Assembly (NCBI RefSeq): GCF_006345805.1
Contig: NW_021827547.1
Coordinates: forward strand, 1 to 30,679
Source of the DNA: Octopus sinensis
Lineage: Eukaryota
Length of the DNA stretch: 30,679 bases
Direction: 5' to 3'
Of the stretch, positions 11,683-22,545 are shown piece by piece. The position numbers were made by a program, and so were the translations under genes. The first letter of the stretch is position 1, and the number at the start of each line of letters is the position of its first letter. The notes below the pieces were generated by a model. The model was not told the origin of the DNA. It did not search any database and saw only the letters and a list, made by a program, of their open reading frames with translations.

Positions 11683-11797
11683 CATATGTATATATATATA
11701 TATATATATGCGACGGACTTATTTCCTTCTTACCAAATCCACTCACAAGACTTTGGTCAGCTAAAGGCTATAGAAGAAGACAATTGCCAAGGTGCCG
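11435..11797 (-). mobile_element. SINE family A with internal (CA)n/(TA)n array
   Basis: Reverse complement of the family A tail and CORE-like body (ccaaatccactcacaagactttggtc...gccaaggtgcc). Confidence 0.85.
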
Positions 11798-12508
11798 TCT
11801 ACTATTTGAAGTACAGTTACTATGTTTCGGTAACGTATATGATGGTACCAGTAATAAACATGTGAATCCAATTCGGTAAGCTACCTATTTACTTTGCAAA
11901 TATATCGATCAATATCATCTCAAAGAATATGGATATCAGTCATTATGATTTGTAATGAAACATTATTTATATTGATTGTCGGGCAGCATAAGCAGGAATT
12001 ACTGCTGGAACCAATTAAAATGTATAATGACGAGAGTAGTATTTAAGAATAACGCTGAAATTATGTCAACAAATTACGAAATGAAATCATATTGACCTAA
12101 TAATGAAACATTGATTTCTGATCTAAGTACTAGACTTCTAATTAAGGAGCCATATTGAATAGATTACAAGAATCTCAGTATATTTATTGGTACATATGTT
12201 ATCGAAATTCAGACTGGTGAAGAAAATTAGATTTCGGCCGTTTCTCGTTTTTGCATGCTCCGAAGAGTAGTTTGAGCACAGTACATGATTTTGGCATAGC
12301 ATATGATTTGCACCTAAAACGGGAATTGGGCTTATAATACGATTTGGGATTGCCATATAATTTTAGCTTAGGGCGAGATATTGAACCGAGTACGTGAGTT
12401 GAATTGAGGATGCAATTTGAGCTCCCAACACGATTTGAGCACACGTATATAATACATACATAAATGTAAATGTTATGCATGCATATGTATTTGCATTATT
12501 ATGCATGT

Positions 12509-12577
<69 letters not shown>

Positions 12578-12634
12578 TTGCGTTTGTGTACGGGTGTAAT
12601 GCGTGCGTATATAACTATGTGTATATATTCAAGA

Positions 12635-12899
12635 TAGTAGGTTGGATGCAGGGGGTTCGCAGCCCGTTTCCTGACCAGAGCCTTCAGAAATTTGGGAATC
12701 AAGGGAGTGAGAAGGCAGAAGGTCATCCGCAGTACCACCGATGCGGCGGAGGGGCCCTCAAGATGGGTTTGGATCAAAAGAGTAGAGCCATGGGGTAGCT
12801 AGCTAGCCATCTGGACACAAGCTGGAGGAGGGTGTATGATGTTGAAAGACTCGAAACAGTCGATGATACCAGGCACATCACTGAAAATGTGTCCAGATG
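12635..12899 (+). mobile_element. 3' end of a HERO-like non-LTR retrotransposon (restriction-like endonuclease C-terminus plus 3' UTR)
   Basis: 12641-12802 translates VGCRGFAARFLTRAFRNLGIKGVRRQKVIRSTTDAAEGPSRWVWIKRVEPWGS*, matching the recalled HERO C-terminus EVGCRGF...AAE.ASRW.WI.R...W; the UTR gagggtgtatgatgttgaaagactcgaaac...acatcactga..atgtgtcc also matches recalled HERO UTRs; GC-rich island in AT-rich DNA. Confidence 0.8.
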
Positions 12900-13789
12900 T
12901 ATGTACACAACGAAACCGGTCGCTAATAAATAAATGCAGTTAATTCAAGAGTGAGGAGATACAACACCTGGGGATAACAATAATTGTTAACACATATATG
13001 TATATATATATATATATACCAAATATAAAAGAACGATATCATTTCGAAAAATAATAACGTTGGTGGCCGCGAGAGTAAAGGCGTATAGGCAAATTGATAA
13101 TTATATATAAATATACTATGGTACAACATAAGCACTTGCTTCGCTAACAATAGAAGTCAAGATAATTCTAAACCACAGAAGAATCACTAAATCTATACAG
13201 GCATGATAGGGAAAAAAATAGTGAAAAAGGATAGCATCTTACCTCCGCCAAGGATGGAGGAGGAATGCTGGATAATTTGATATCACGACTTCGAATTTAG
13301 CACCAAAGGCTCCTTAATCTTCTCAGTCAAATCTTCCAGGAACAGCTAATAGAAATCACTAGTACCATGCTTCGGAATTCATTCGAGTGGTCGAACACCA
13401 TTGAAACAAACGAATTGTTGAAATTATTTATAAAAAATATAAAATAACGATATCATTTCTAAAATTAATAACGTACAATTTTGCCGCGGACAGTAATAGG
13501 GACAGCTATGTGACAGAGCCAGCTATACGGACAATTATATATGATCAAAATTAGGTGCAGTGAAAATCTTGGCAGAATATCGGGATTAGTAATATATGTC
13601 AGGATGTAAATAAATGACGTGCTAAATAAGATGTCTATAAATCATATTATTACTAGTAGATAAATGCATGAGAAACCGTTTGATTGTACGTGTCAAAAGC
13701 ATGAATTCTATCAATGCTTAATGTTTAAAGGCAGTAGAGTAATATATCAGTGTAGATGACCAAATAATGTCAATGTGAAGACATGTGAT

Positions 13790-14070
13790 AGCACTGGCGC
13801 TTGCTTCCCAACAACATGTTTCCCGATTGAGTCCCCCTGCGTGACAGCTAGGACAAGTATCTTCTACTATAGCCTCGGTCCGGCCAAAGCCTTGTGAGTG
13901 GATTTGGTTGACGGAAACTTAACGAAGCCTATCGTATATGTGTGTGTGTGAGTGTGTGAGTGTGTGAGTTTTTGCGTTTTTGTGCCTGTCTTTGTCCTTA
14001 CCTACACCGCTTAACATGATGTGTTTACGTCCCCGTAACTTACCAGTTCTGCAAAAGAGAGGGTTAGAAC
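13790..14070 (+). mobile_element. SINE family A, 3'-truncated, with internal (TG)n
   Basis: ggacaagtatcttctactatagcctcggtccggccaaagccttgtgagtggatttgg...gtgtttacgtccccgtaactta. Confidence 0.85.
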
Positions 14071-14124
14071 AACAATAACAGTGCCAAATTCTTTCTCATT
14101 TTATTAAAATTTAGTCTTTCTGAC

Positions 14125-14945
14125 AGAAGTGGGAGTCGATTACATCGTATTTTGCAGGTGTTTTATTTTATCGACCCCGAAAGTAAGAAAAACAAATTTA
14201 ACTTTGGAAGAATTTCAAGTCCAAAGTCAATGATTCGAAAGAAATGCCATTCAGTATTTTGTCCTATGAGCTAACAATTCTGCCAGTTAGCTGCATAAGA
14301 TGGTGCCACGTTACTGAAATGTGTCGAAATCTAGATTTAGGGACAGAGCAATCACAGATTCAGCGAAACGATTATGAATGGTTACGAATAGGAAACGAAT
14401 AGATATGAACGTATCTTCAAATTAAAAGCAAAAAACAAAAAATGAACCCCGGAAAGATGAAAGGCAAATTTAACTTTGGAAGAATCTCAACTCCCAGCGT
14501 AATGATTCGGAAGAAACACCGCTCACTATTGTATCATATGAAGTAACTATTCCACAAAGTAGCTACTTAAAGGCGTTGCTTAGTTGTTGAAATGTTTCGA
14601 AGAGCGGATTTTTAGACAGAGTAACCAAAGATTGAGCACAGCGACTTACAAATGGTCGGGAGTAAGTTACAGTGAATAATTATGAATATATTATCTTAAG
14701 ATTAACAAAAAATGAACATCCAAAAAGATGAAAGACAGAGTTAACCACGGAAGAATTTGAACTCGTAACATAGTGATTCAAGAGAAATGCCGGTCCTAAC
14801 GATGCTACGGCATAGCTTAGAATGCTGAAATGTGTCGATTTTTGGACAGAGTTACCAAAGGCTAAGGGTAACGGTTATGAATTGTCAGGAATAAGAAACA
14901 ACGAATGGTTACCAAAGTATTATCTTGGCATTAACAAAAAAAAAA
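14125..14945 (-). repeat. Three-unit degenerate tandem array (about 270/270/240 bp) of SINE B head plus non-SINE spacer
   Basis: SINE-derived anchor at 14174, 14446 and 14716; spacer anchor tgaaatgt(g/t)tcga at 14315, 14588 and 14826. Confidence 0.8.
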
Positions 14946-15049
14946 ATAATAATAACAAAGAAAAATGAAAGAAGTACTTTTAGAATATCACTTTTACTTT
15001 CTAGTTTTATGTTCAAAATTCAGCCATTAATAATATGCAACGCGCTACA

Positions 15050-15075
15050 ACAACAACTACTACTAATACAACCAG

Positions 15076-15107
<32 letters not shown>

Positions 15108-15139
15108 TAACTACTACTACTACTACTGCTAATAATAAC

Positions 15140-15176
<37 letters not shown>

Positions 15177-15190
15177 TAATAATGATAATA
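15050..15190. repeat. (CAA/ACT)n-(AAT)n microsatellite
   Basis: Read directly from the sequence. Confidence 0.95.
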
Positions 15191-15429
15191 ATAACATTAA
15201 AAAAGAAAGCAAGAGAGAGTTGAGGAGATGAGAGGAAGCACTTAAGATCTAAGATGTTACAGTTTTACAAAAAACATCATTAAAAATATATTTTTAGAAT
15301 TTTCAAAAACTCTCATGATTAAAATCAATGCTGATTACTGTATTTTAAACATCTGTTATTGATGGCTTTGGGATCCCACAGGATATCAGCATGTAAAAGA
15401 AATTTACAAAAGATCGACGTTTACAAATA

Positions 15430-15655
15430 CATACATACATATATATATATATATGTGTGTGTATGTATATGTATATGTGTGTGTGTGTGACTGTGTGTGT
15501 GTACGTGTATATATATATATAATATATATGTATGTACATATATTTGCACATATATAGATAGACATACATATGTATTATTGCTGCACTGCTCGAGTTAAAA
15601 CATACTGGCTCACTTTGTGGTGTGTTATTTTGTTGTTGTTGTGTGTGTGTATAGG

Positions 15656-15687
<32 letters not shown>

Positions 15688-15708
15688 CGCGCGTGTGTGT
15701 GTGTGTGT

Positions 15709-15741
<33 letters not shown>

Positions 15742-15892
15742 TATATTATATTATACACATATGTATATAGAATGCAATTACTGATTTTGCTAGCGGTTGA
15801 AGTTTAAAGGCGACAAACACGAGGATGCAATAATGCATAAACACAAACACATGCAGCACACTAACACAAATACATAAACATATATATATATG

Positions 15893-15924
<32 letters not shown>

Positions 15925-15960
15925 TCTACATCTACATATATACGTATGTGTGTGTATGTG
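15430..15960. repeat. Cluster of (TA)n/(TG)n arrays
   Basis: Read directly; short unique spacers between arrays. Confidence 0.85.
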
Positions 15961-16219
15961 TATTAACTCGTGCATGTATATTTTCAATTGCATTTATGCC
16001 TTTTAACAAAATAGATTACGCATATCTTTTTTTGGAGACGAATTTCGTAATATCGCTATACAAAATTTATCGTTACCATTTCCCCTAACAACTGTGGACG
16101 CCTGCAACGTTGAGCAGTGTTTCTTAGAAGCTTTATACTACTCACAAACGCAAGCATATTCACAAACATACAGAAGCACACGCACACACACACACAAACA
16201 CACACACACATATATATAC

Positions 16220-16250
<31 letters not shown>

Positions 16251-16462
16251 TGTTGTATTTCGGGACGGTCATTTATATTTTTGCCAAATAAACAGACGCA
16301 CTCGTTTACTACTGTTTGTATTCTAACTCTTGTTCAGTGTCAGAAAATATTTCGACACACATCTGTGACCTCCTCAGCGACACTTTCCGTCTCCGAGCGT
16401 GCTCTTACTCTGCTAATTCCATTCTATTCTTAAATACTCAGACACACATAGATGTACATATG

Positions 16463-16760
16463 ACTGGCACTCTGTCGGTTACGACCTCGAGGCCCCCATT
16501 TGATCCAATCAAAGGAACATCCTACTCCTGAACTTAACGTATTAGTGAACCAGCACTCCACAGACACGTGTAAAATTAATCTTAGTTCAGAGGAAGGTTC
16601 CGCGTGACACAGTATATTACAAAGCTGGCTCTTTTAAATACATAAACATTAGATATTTACCAGCTGAGTGGACGGGGAATAAAATGCCTTCCTCAATAGC
16701 ACAAAGCGTCGCCTGGTATAGAAATCATGACGTTTCGATTTTGACCTGGATACCCAAATC
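16463..16760 (-). mobile_element. Degenerate SINE (family E tail with CORE-like body)
   Basis: tggcactctgtcggttacgac...ttgatccaatcaaaggaacatcct...gcactccacagacacgtgta (reversed tail), then ccagctgagtggac...aaatgccttcctcaatagcaca. Confidence 0.65.
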
Positions 16761-16949
16761 AATAGGCCAGGTGGCTTCATTATATGTACCCTTTAGAGCA
16801 GATCAAATGTTTGACGAATCGTCCCTGCGGTTTTCCATGTAGAAAAATTCTCCCTTTTAGAAGAGGCTGTTAAAACACCTCAAAGTCATAGAAAGTCCCA
16901 ACTATAACTTTTAGGTGTTTTAACACCTAATGTTATGAGGGAGTCGTAG

Positions 16950-17510
16950 ATATATATATATATGTATGTATATATATATATATATATATCTAAGTATGTA
17001 TATATGTATATATGTAGATATGTATATATATGAATGTATGTATGCATGTATGTATGTATGTATGTATGTATATGCGCCACTGTGTGTCACAATGCATCAG
17101 TGTGTGCTCTGTACACAAACAAAGACATTCGAGTATCTATCACCTTTAAAAGATATAACTACTTCTATACAACTAACTTAGATGCGTATATATATATAAT
17201 ATATCTATATATATAATATATATATATATATAATATGTGTGGGTGGTGGTGTGTGTGTGTTGTGTGGTGTGTTGTGTGTGTGTGTGTGTGTGTATAGAGA
17301 GAGAGAGGGAGAGAAAGACAGAGAGAGACAGAGGAAGTGAGAGAGATATAAATAGATGATATAGACTTACATTTACATATGTATAGGTATTGGTATATGA
17401 ACTTATGTACATTTGTGTGTGTGTGGGTGTGTGTGTGTGTGAGTGTAAATACCTCATAAATATTTCGGTTAATGATTCTTGTTATGACTCGATTATGGAT
17501 AATATGAAAC

Positions 17511-17544
<34 letters not shown>

Positions 17545-17981
17545 CATATATGTAAAGGAGGGGTAAAAATTGCAGGTGAACAAAATATAGGGAAGAGAAG
17601 CAGCTGAAGAGGATTGATTGATGGAATTCAAAATGAAGCAGAACCATTAATAAAAAACCGAGGCATGTGAGTCCCGCACACAACTGAGCTTCCGGTTAAC
17701 GGAGAAGGTATTGTCATAGTAACATTGGGGGAAGATTGAAAAAACATAACAAGTTCGTCCTTCTCCAATGTATGCTATTGATGCATCTTTTCGACTTGAC
17801 GCACGTTAACCATTTTTCTTCGGTCGGATATTTGGTAAACTTCCGGTAACAAAAAACAAAGGGGAAGCGATTAATATATATATATACATACATACATATA
17901 CACATATATATATATATATAAGAAAACAATATATATATGTATATATATAGCTACCTTTATATATGCGTATCTATAAATATG

Positions 17982-18012
<31 letters not shown>

Positions 18013-18522
18013 ATATATATATAACGCTTGGAAATTTGAAAATATTTATTTAAAAAAGGATTATTCAAAAACCTATCTTTTGCTTTTTGTTTAATATTGT
18101 CATTACTATTTTTGTTACTGTTATCATTATTGGTCTATATATATGTGTCTGCGTGTGTGTGTATACACGGACAAATATATATGTATATACATATATATAT
18201 ATTTCTGTATGTATGTACGTATGTACATAGGTATGAATATATATATATGTATGCATGTATATATGTTTATATATACATACATATATATATATATATATAT
18301 ACATTTATATATATATATTGTTGTGCTTACACACATACAAATATTGCAAAAACACATAAAAAATCATATATTAACGACTTTCTATCAACAGTTATAATGT
18401 TGCTTTTGTACGTACAACAATGACTGACATTAACTCGTGGTATATATATACATATATATATATGTGTGTACCTAAATACATACATATATATATATATGTA
18501 TACATATCTATGTATGTATGTA

Positions 18523-18555
<33 letters not shown>

Positions 18556-18560
18556 CTTGG
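16950..18560. repeat. Dense cluster of (TA)n, (TATG)n, (TG)n and (GA)n arrays
   Basis: Read directly; several arrays separated by unique spacers. Confidence 0.85.
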
Positions 18561-18718
18561 TTCTTTAGGGCGGTCTCTATTCTTTCCCTATTTCAATGCT
18601 ATCCAACTTTATTATATAATTCACTGATTATTATTACTATGTTTTTGCAGGTTTTTATTGTTGCCTTTTTTTATTTTCATTACTCATTCTATTCGTGATT
18701 TCAAAAGAAACTAATAAG

Positions 18719-18804
18719 ACGTGGCATTTCATCTGTCGTCTGTCTACAATATATACATTTTGCTGCTTTCCTTTTGCATCATTTTGTGTTTCTTTCAGGT
18801 ATGT
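18719..18804 (+). other. Second candidate recursive splice site: polyY-CAG|GTATGT
   Basis: cattttgctgctttccttttgcatcattttgtgtttctttcag|gtatgt; CAG at 18796-18798; no AG in 18719-18796. Confidence 0.5.
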
Positions 18805-19633
18805 TGTCTGCTAAAAATATATTGCAGTAAATATTGTAGAATTATTCATTTACTTGTTATTTTTTGTTGGAGAAGACGACTTTTCCTACATCTTATTGAT
18901 TGCTCCATTGACATTTATATATACCTTGCTTTATTGTTATTATTATTAATGTTATTAATATTATTATGATTATTATGAAATGAGGAATCGTATTGTTTGT
19001 AGAATGAATTTCTGTAGAGTAAATACACGCATGGGCGTACTATTGGGTGTAAGATTGATGAATAATATATTCATTCTGTTAGTCTGCATATGCATAAAAG
19101 CGACGTCTAACTTAACTTAACAATTTCCTTGGGACTGGTTGCATACATCCGACCTATGATATCCTGCACAAAGCCATATGAATACAGCTATTATGTAACT
19201 TATTGGTGTCTTGAAACAGCTGTCGAGATAAGACTTTACATAACTCTTCTATTTTGATTCACTTTTCTTTAGTTTGTATTCTGTATTTGGTACTCCCTAT
19301 GTTTATATACCTTAAAAACTCCATAACAGCTCGATAAAGTTTGCTCTGTATAGCTGTTTTTGTACGCCGATGGTTCGATCCTGGTTGACTAAGTTGGAAT
19401 TTACCTTCCCATCCATTTGGGCATTATTCTCTGTTATCTATACTAAGCCTATTCTGCTCTCACATACTCATTATATACGTAGATACATAGCATGCGTCTG
19501 TGTGTGTATGCGTTCATCATTTCACTTGAAGAAAAATGTCTTTCCGTCATTAAAAAAAAAACGTGTCTGAAACACGTGTAGTGAACCTCAACCCGTTTGT
19601 GTTCTTTCTTTATCCAAACACACAGAAATATAC

Positions 19634-19698
<65 letters not shown>

Positions 19699-19710
19699 AT
19701 ATATACATAA

Positions 19711-20260
19711 TACAGAGAAATTCCTCTCAGTGAACACATATGCAGGTAACATCAAACCAAATTTCACAGTCTTCTCTTTCTACCAGTGCAAAGACGCAAC
19801 CTCTCAACTAGAACGTTTAAATAATAAAGAAACTCTTTTCATTGAAGAATACAAAACACGTCTTAATATGCACGCATAACCAACTTTTATATTTTTACAT
19901 ATTACATTCACGATTACATCACTGTACATAAATTCCCTACTAAACAAGTTTTTTTTAAAACCTGTCTCCTTCCTGTACACATATTTAATCCCAACCCATT
20001 ACCGAAAGCTGAACAGTTATCTCCCTTACACACAACTATAACAATAATAACAACCAATTACCTACCTTTATTTGTCTACCTTTGAAGTCATCCACTCGTG
20101 AATTTCATCACACACAACATGGACCAAATTTCTTCTTAAGAAAAAATATATATTCAAAAAATTAAAACAATATCATGAATAGCGATAGCGAAACCGGTCG
20201 ATATATTAAAAATTATATTAAAACCATGTAAGTGTGCATATTTTCCTTTTTAATTTCTTA
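19711..20260 (+). mobile_element. Penelope-like element 3' remnant (GIY-YIG endonuclease C-terminus, frameshifted, plus downstream region)
   Basis: YREIPLSEHI / frameshift / AGNIKPNFTVFSFYQCKDATSQLERLNNKETLFIEEYKTRLN (to 19879) fits the PLE GIY-YIG end pattern H...R..KE..FI.....LN; hammerhead-like gaaaccggtc at 20190-20199. Confidence 0.72.
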
Positions 20261-20768
20261 TATATATATATATAGATATATATATATATATATATTATAT
20301 ATATACATACATACATATATATATATTATATATATATATATATATACATGAATGCGTGTGTGTATGCATAAATGTAGGAATGAATTTATGTATTTATGCG
20401 TTTATATGAGAATAAGGAAAATAGTTGTGTGTACGTTTTTCTATGTTTCCCTGTAAGCACAAGTTTTATTGAACATGTACTTTTGAGTCTCACCATTATA
20501 TTATACATATTGATAAGGGAACCACTTTTAATGAATTCTGACCGTTTATTTATAAAACAGAATATTCTTAAATAAATTGATATGCATAAAAACAGTGAAG
20601 TGAATTATATACTACTTCAGGTTAAACCTCTGTACACTGTTAGCATAATGATTCTGAATATCGCTAAAAGATTTTAAAGTCGTTTATAATGGATAATATC
20701 GGCATTCAATTTATATTCTATCGAAAGTGACCATAGGAAGGGCCATAGATTCTCAAATTAGATAATGT

Positions 20769-21004
20769 ATTTATTTATTACCCACAAGGGGCTAAACATA
20801 GAGGGGACAAACAAGGACAGACATAGGTATTAAGTCGATTACATCGACCCCAGTGCGTTACTGGTACTTAATTTATCGACCCCGAAAGGATGAAAGGCAA
20901 AGCCGACCTCGGCGGAATTTGAACTCATAACGTATCGACAGACGAAATACCGCTAAGCATTTCGCCCGGCGTGCCAACGTTTCTGCCAGCTCGCCGCCTT
21001 CATT
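20769..21004 (-). mobile_element. Full-length SINE family B with 12-bp TSD
   Basis: Reverse-complement homolog of 11017-11249; attagataatgt at 20757-20768 and 21005-21016. Confidence 0.92.
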
Positions 21005-21044
21005 ATTAGATAATGTGTATAACTTTAACTGTTTAACTTTTAGG

Positions 21045-21239
21045 CAGTAGACTGCGCCAATGCTGCGGCAACAACTTGAAGGGCTTAGTTGAACAAAGTG
21101 GCCTTATTACGCCTGGTACTTATTCTATTGGTCAATTTTGGTCTCTTTTGCTATACTGCAAAGTTACAGAGACGATGGCAAAGTACCAACGGCTGCTGTC
21201 AATCTACGGAGTGCAAACACAAACACAAAAGACACATAG

Positions 21240-21317
<78 letters not shown>

Positions 21318-21345
21318 ACACATATACATATATATACTTTCATAC
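21045..21345 (-). mobile_element. Degenerate SINE family A 3' part plus its microsatellite
   Basis: ggtacttattctattggtc...tcttttgc...aagttacagagac...aaacacaaacacaaaagacaca, then (TA)n/(TG)n. Confidence 0.7.
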
Positions 21346-21408
21346 ACATACATATGAGTATGCATTAAATGTATATATAAGCATATACTTATACACACAA
21401 ATGAATAA

Positions 21409-21494
21409 GGCGTAGGCCTGGCTGTGTTTTGAAGTTTGCTTCCCAAGCACATGGCACTACGTTCAGTCCCACAGGGTAGCGACTTTGTTGAGTG

Positions 21495-21495
<1 letters not shown>
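21409..21495 (+). mobile_element. SINE family A head fragment
   Basis: ggcgtaggcctggctgtgt...gcttcccaagcacatgg...gttcagtcccac. Confidence 0.7.
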
Positions 21496-21547
<52 letters not shown>

Positions 21548-21564
21548 AATATATATATACATTC

Positions 21565-21764
21565 AAAATGTGACCGTGTGTGTATTTTCCCCCGTTTTCC
21601 CTTCTGTGGATCTTTCCTTTTCCTATGTTTCTGACGAAGAGCTCCAGTCGAAACGTTAAACCCTCCTTCTTTCCTTTCTTCCTGAGCGTCCAATAATACT
21701 ATATTTGTTCCACGTCCTCGCGTTGTTGTGTTTTCTCTTTGTGTTTTCATGTTTGGATTGACTT

Positions 21765-21765
<1 letters not shown>
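21565..21765 (+). mobile_element. Penelope-like pLTR fragment
   Basis: Pyrimidine-rich segment containing a minimal hammerhead, flanked by TA arrays. Confidence 0.6.
21627..21661 (+). ncRNA. Minimal type I hammerhead ribozyme motif (PLE-type)
   Basis: gttt-CTGACGA-agagctccagtc-GAAAC-GTT-aaac: 4-bp stem I, intact core, imperfect stem II, palindromic AACGTT stem III, GUU triplet. Confidence 0.65.
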
Positions 21766-21807
<42 letters not shown>

Positions 21808-21933
21808 ATGTGTGTGGTGTGTGTGTGTGTGTGTGTGTTGTGTGTAAAAATATATGTATGTATACAAATATATATATATGTATATATACAATACATATAC
21901 TATATATAAATATATATGCGCATATATATATAA

Positions 21934-21973
<40 letters not shown>

Positions 21974-22000
21974 ATCTTTATACACGCACACACGCACACA
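21765..22000. repeat. (TA)n/(TG)n compound microsatellite
   Basis: Read directly from the sequence. Confidence 0.95.
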
Positions 22001-22077
22001 CCCGCATATGTAAGAAAGAGGTACGAAACTTAGACGTGCTTATGGGAAAGTATGTACATATTCATATCCATGTATAT

Positions 22078-22128
22078 ATCATCATCACCATCGTTTAATG
22101 TCCGCTTTCCATGCTAGCATGGGTTGGA
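22078..22128 (-). mobile_element. Retroposon 3' tail fragment (same family as 925-1125)
   Basis: catcaccatcgtttaatgtccgctttccatgctagcatgggttggac. Confidence 0.7.
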
Positions 22129-22464
22129 CAATATATATATATACATATACATATATATGCACATATAAAGAGGGCGCACACATAATATATATATATGGCG
22201 TAGTCATGTCTTATGCCTTATTTACCCATGCGTCGAGATTTCCCTGTCCACAGCAACAATATCGTGATTTACGTATTCAAGGAATTTCATCCGAACTCCA
22301 TCAATACAATTTCTATGTGCTGATATTTACTTCTCGCTCTAAAATCCTGCAAGCCAGATTTGAACTTGAAATTTTAGTGCGACGGAACAAACACTGCCTC
22401 CCATTTTGTTCAAATTTCTAAACGCCAACTCCACACTAATACGCGCACACAGGCATACCATTGT

Positions 22465-22467
<3 letters not shown>

Positions 22468-22518
<51 letters not shown>

Positions 22519-22545
22519 ACACACACACACACACATACACATGTA
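22468..22545. repeat. (CA)n microsatellite
   Basis: Read directly from the sequence. Confidence 0.95.

Noticed and set aside
12836-12884. Box C/D snoRNA resemblance (ATGATGT ... CTGA)
   Set aside because: Box C is mismatched, the terminal stem is too far from box C, and the sequence is explained as a retroelement UTR.
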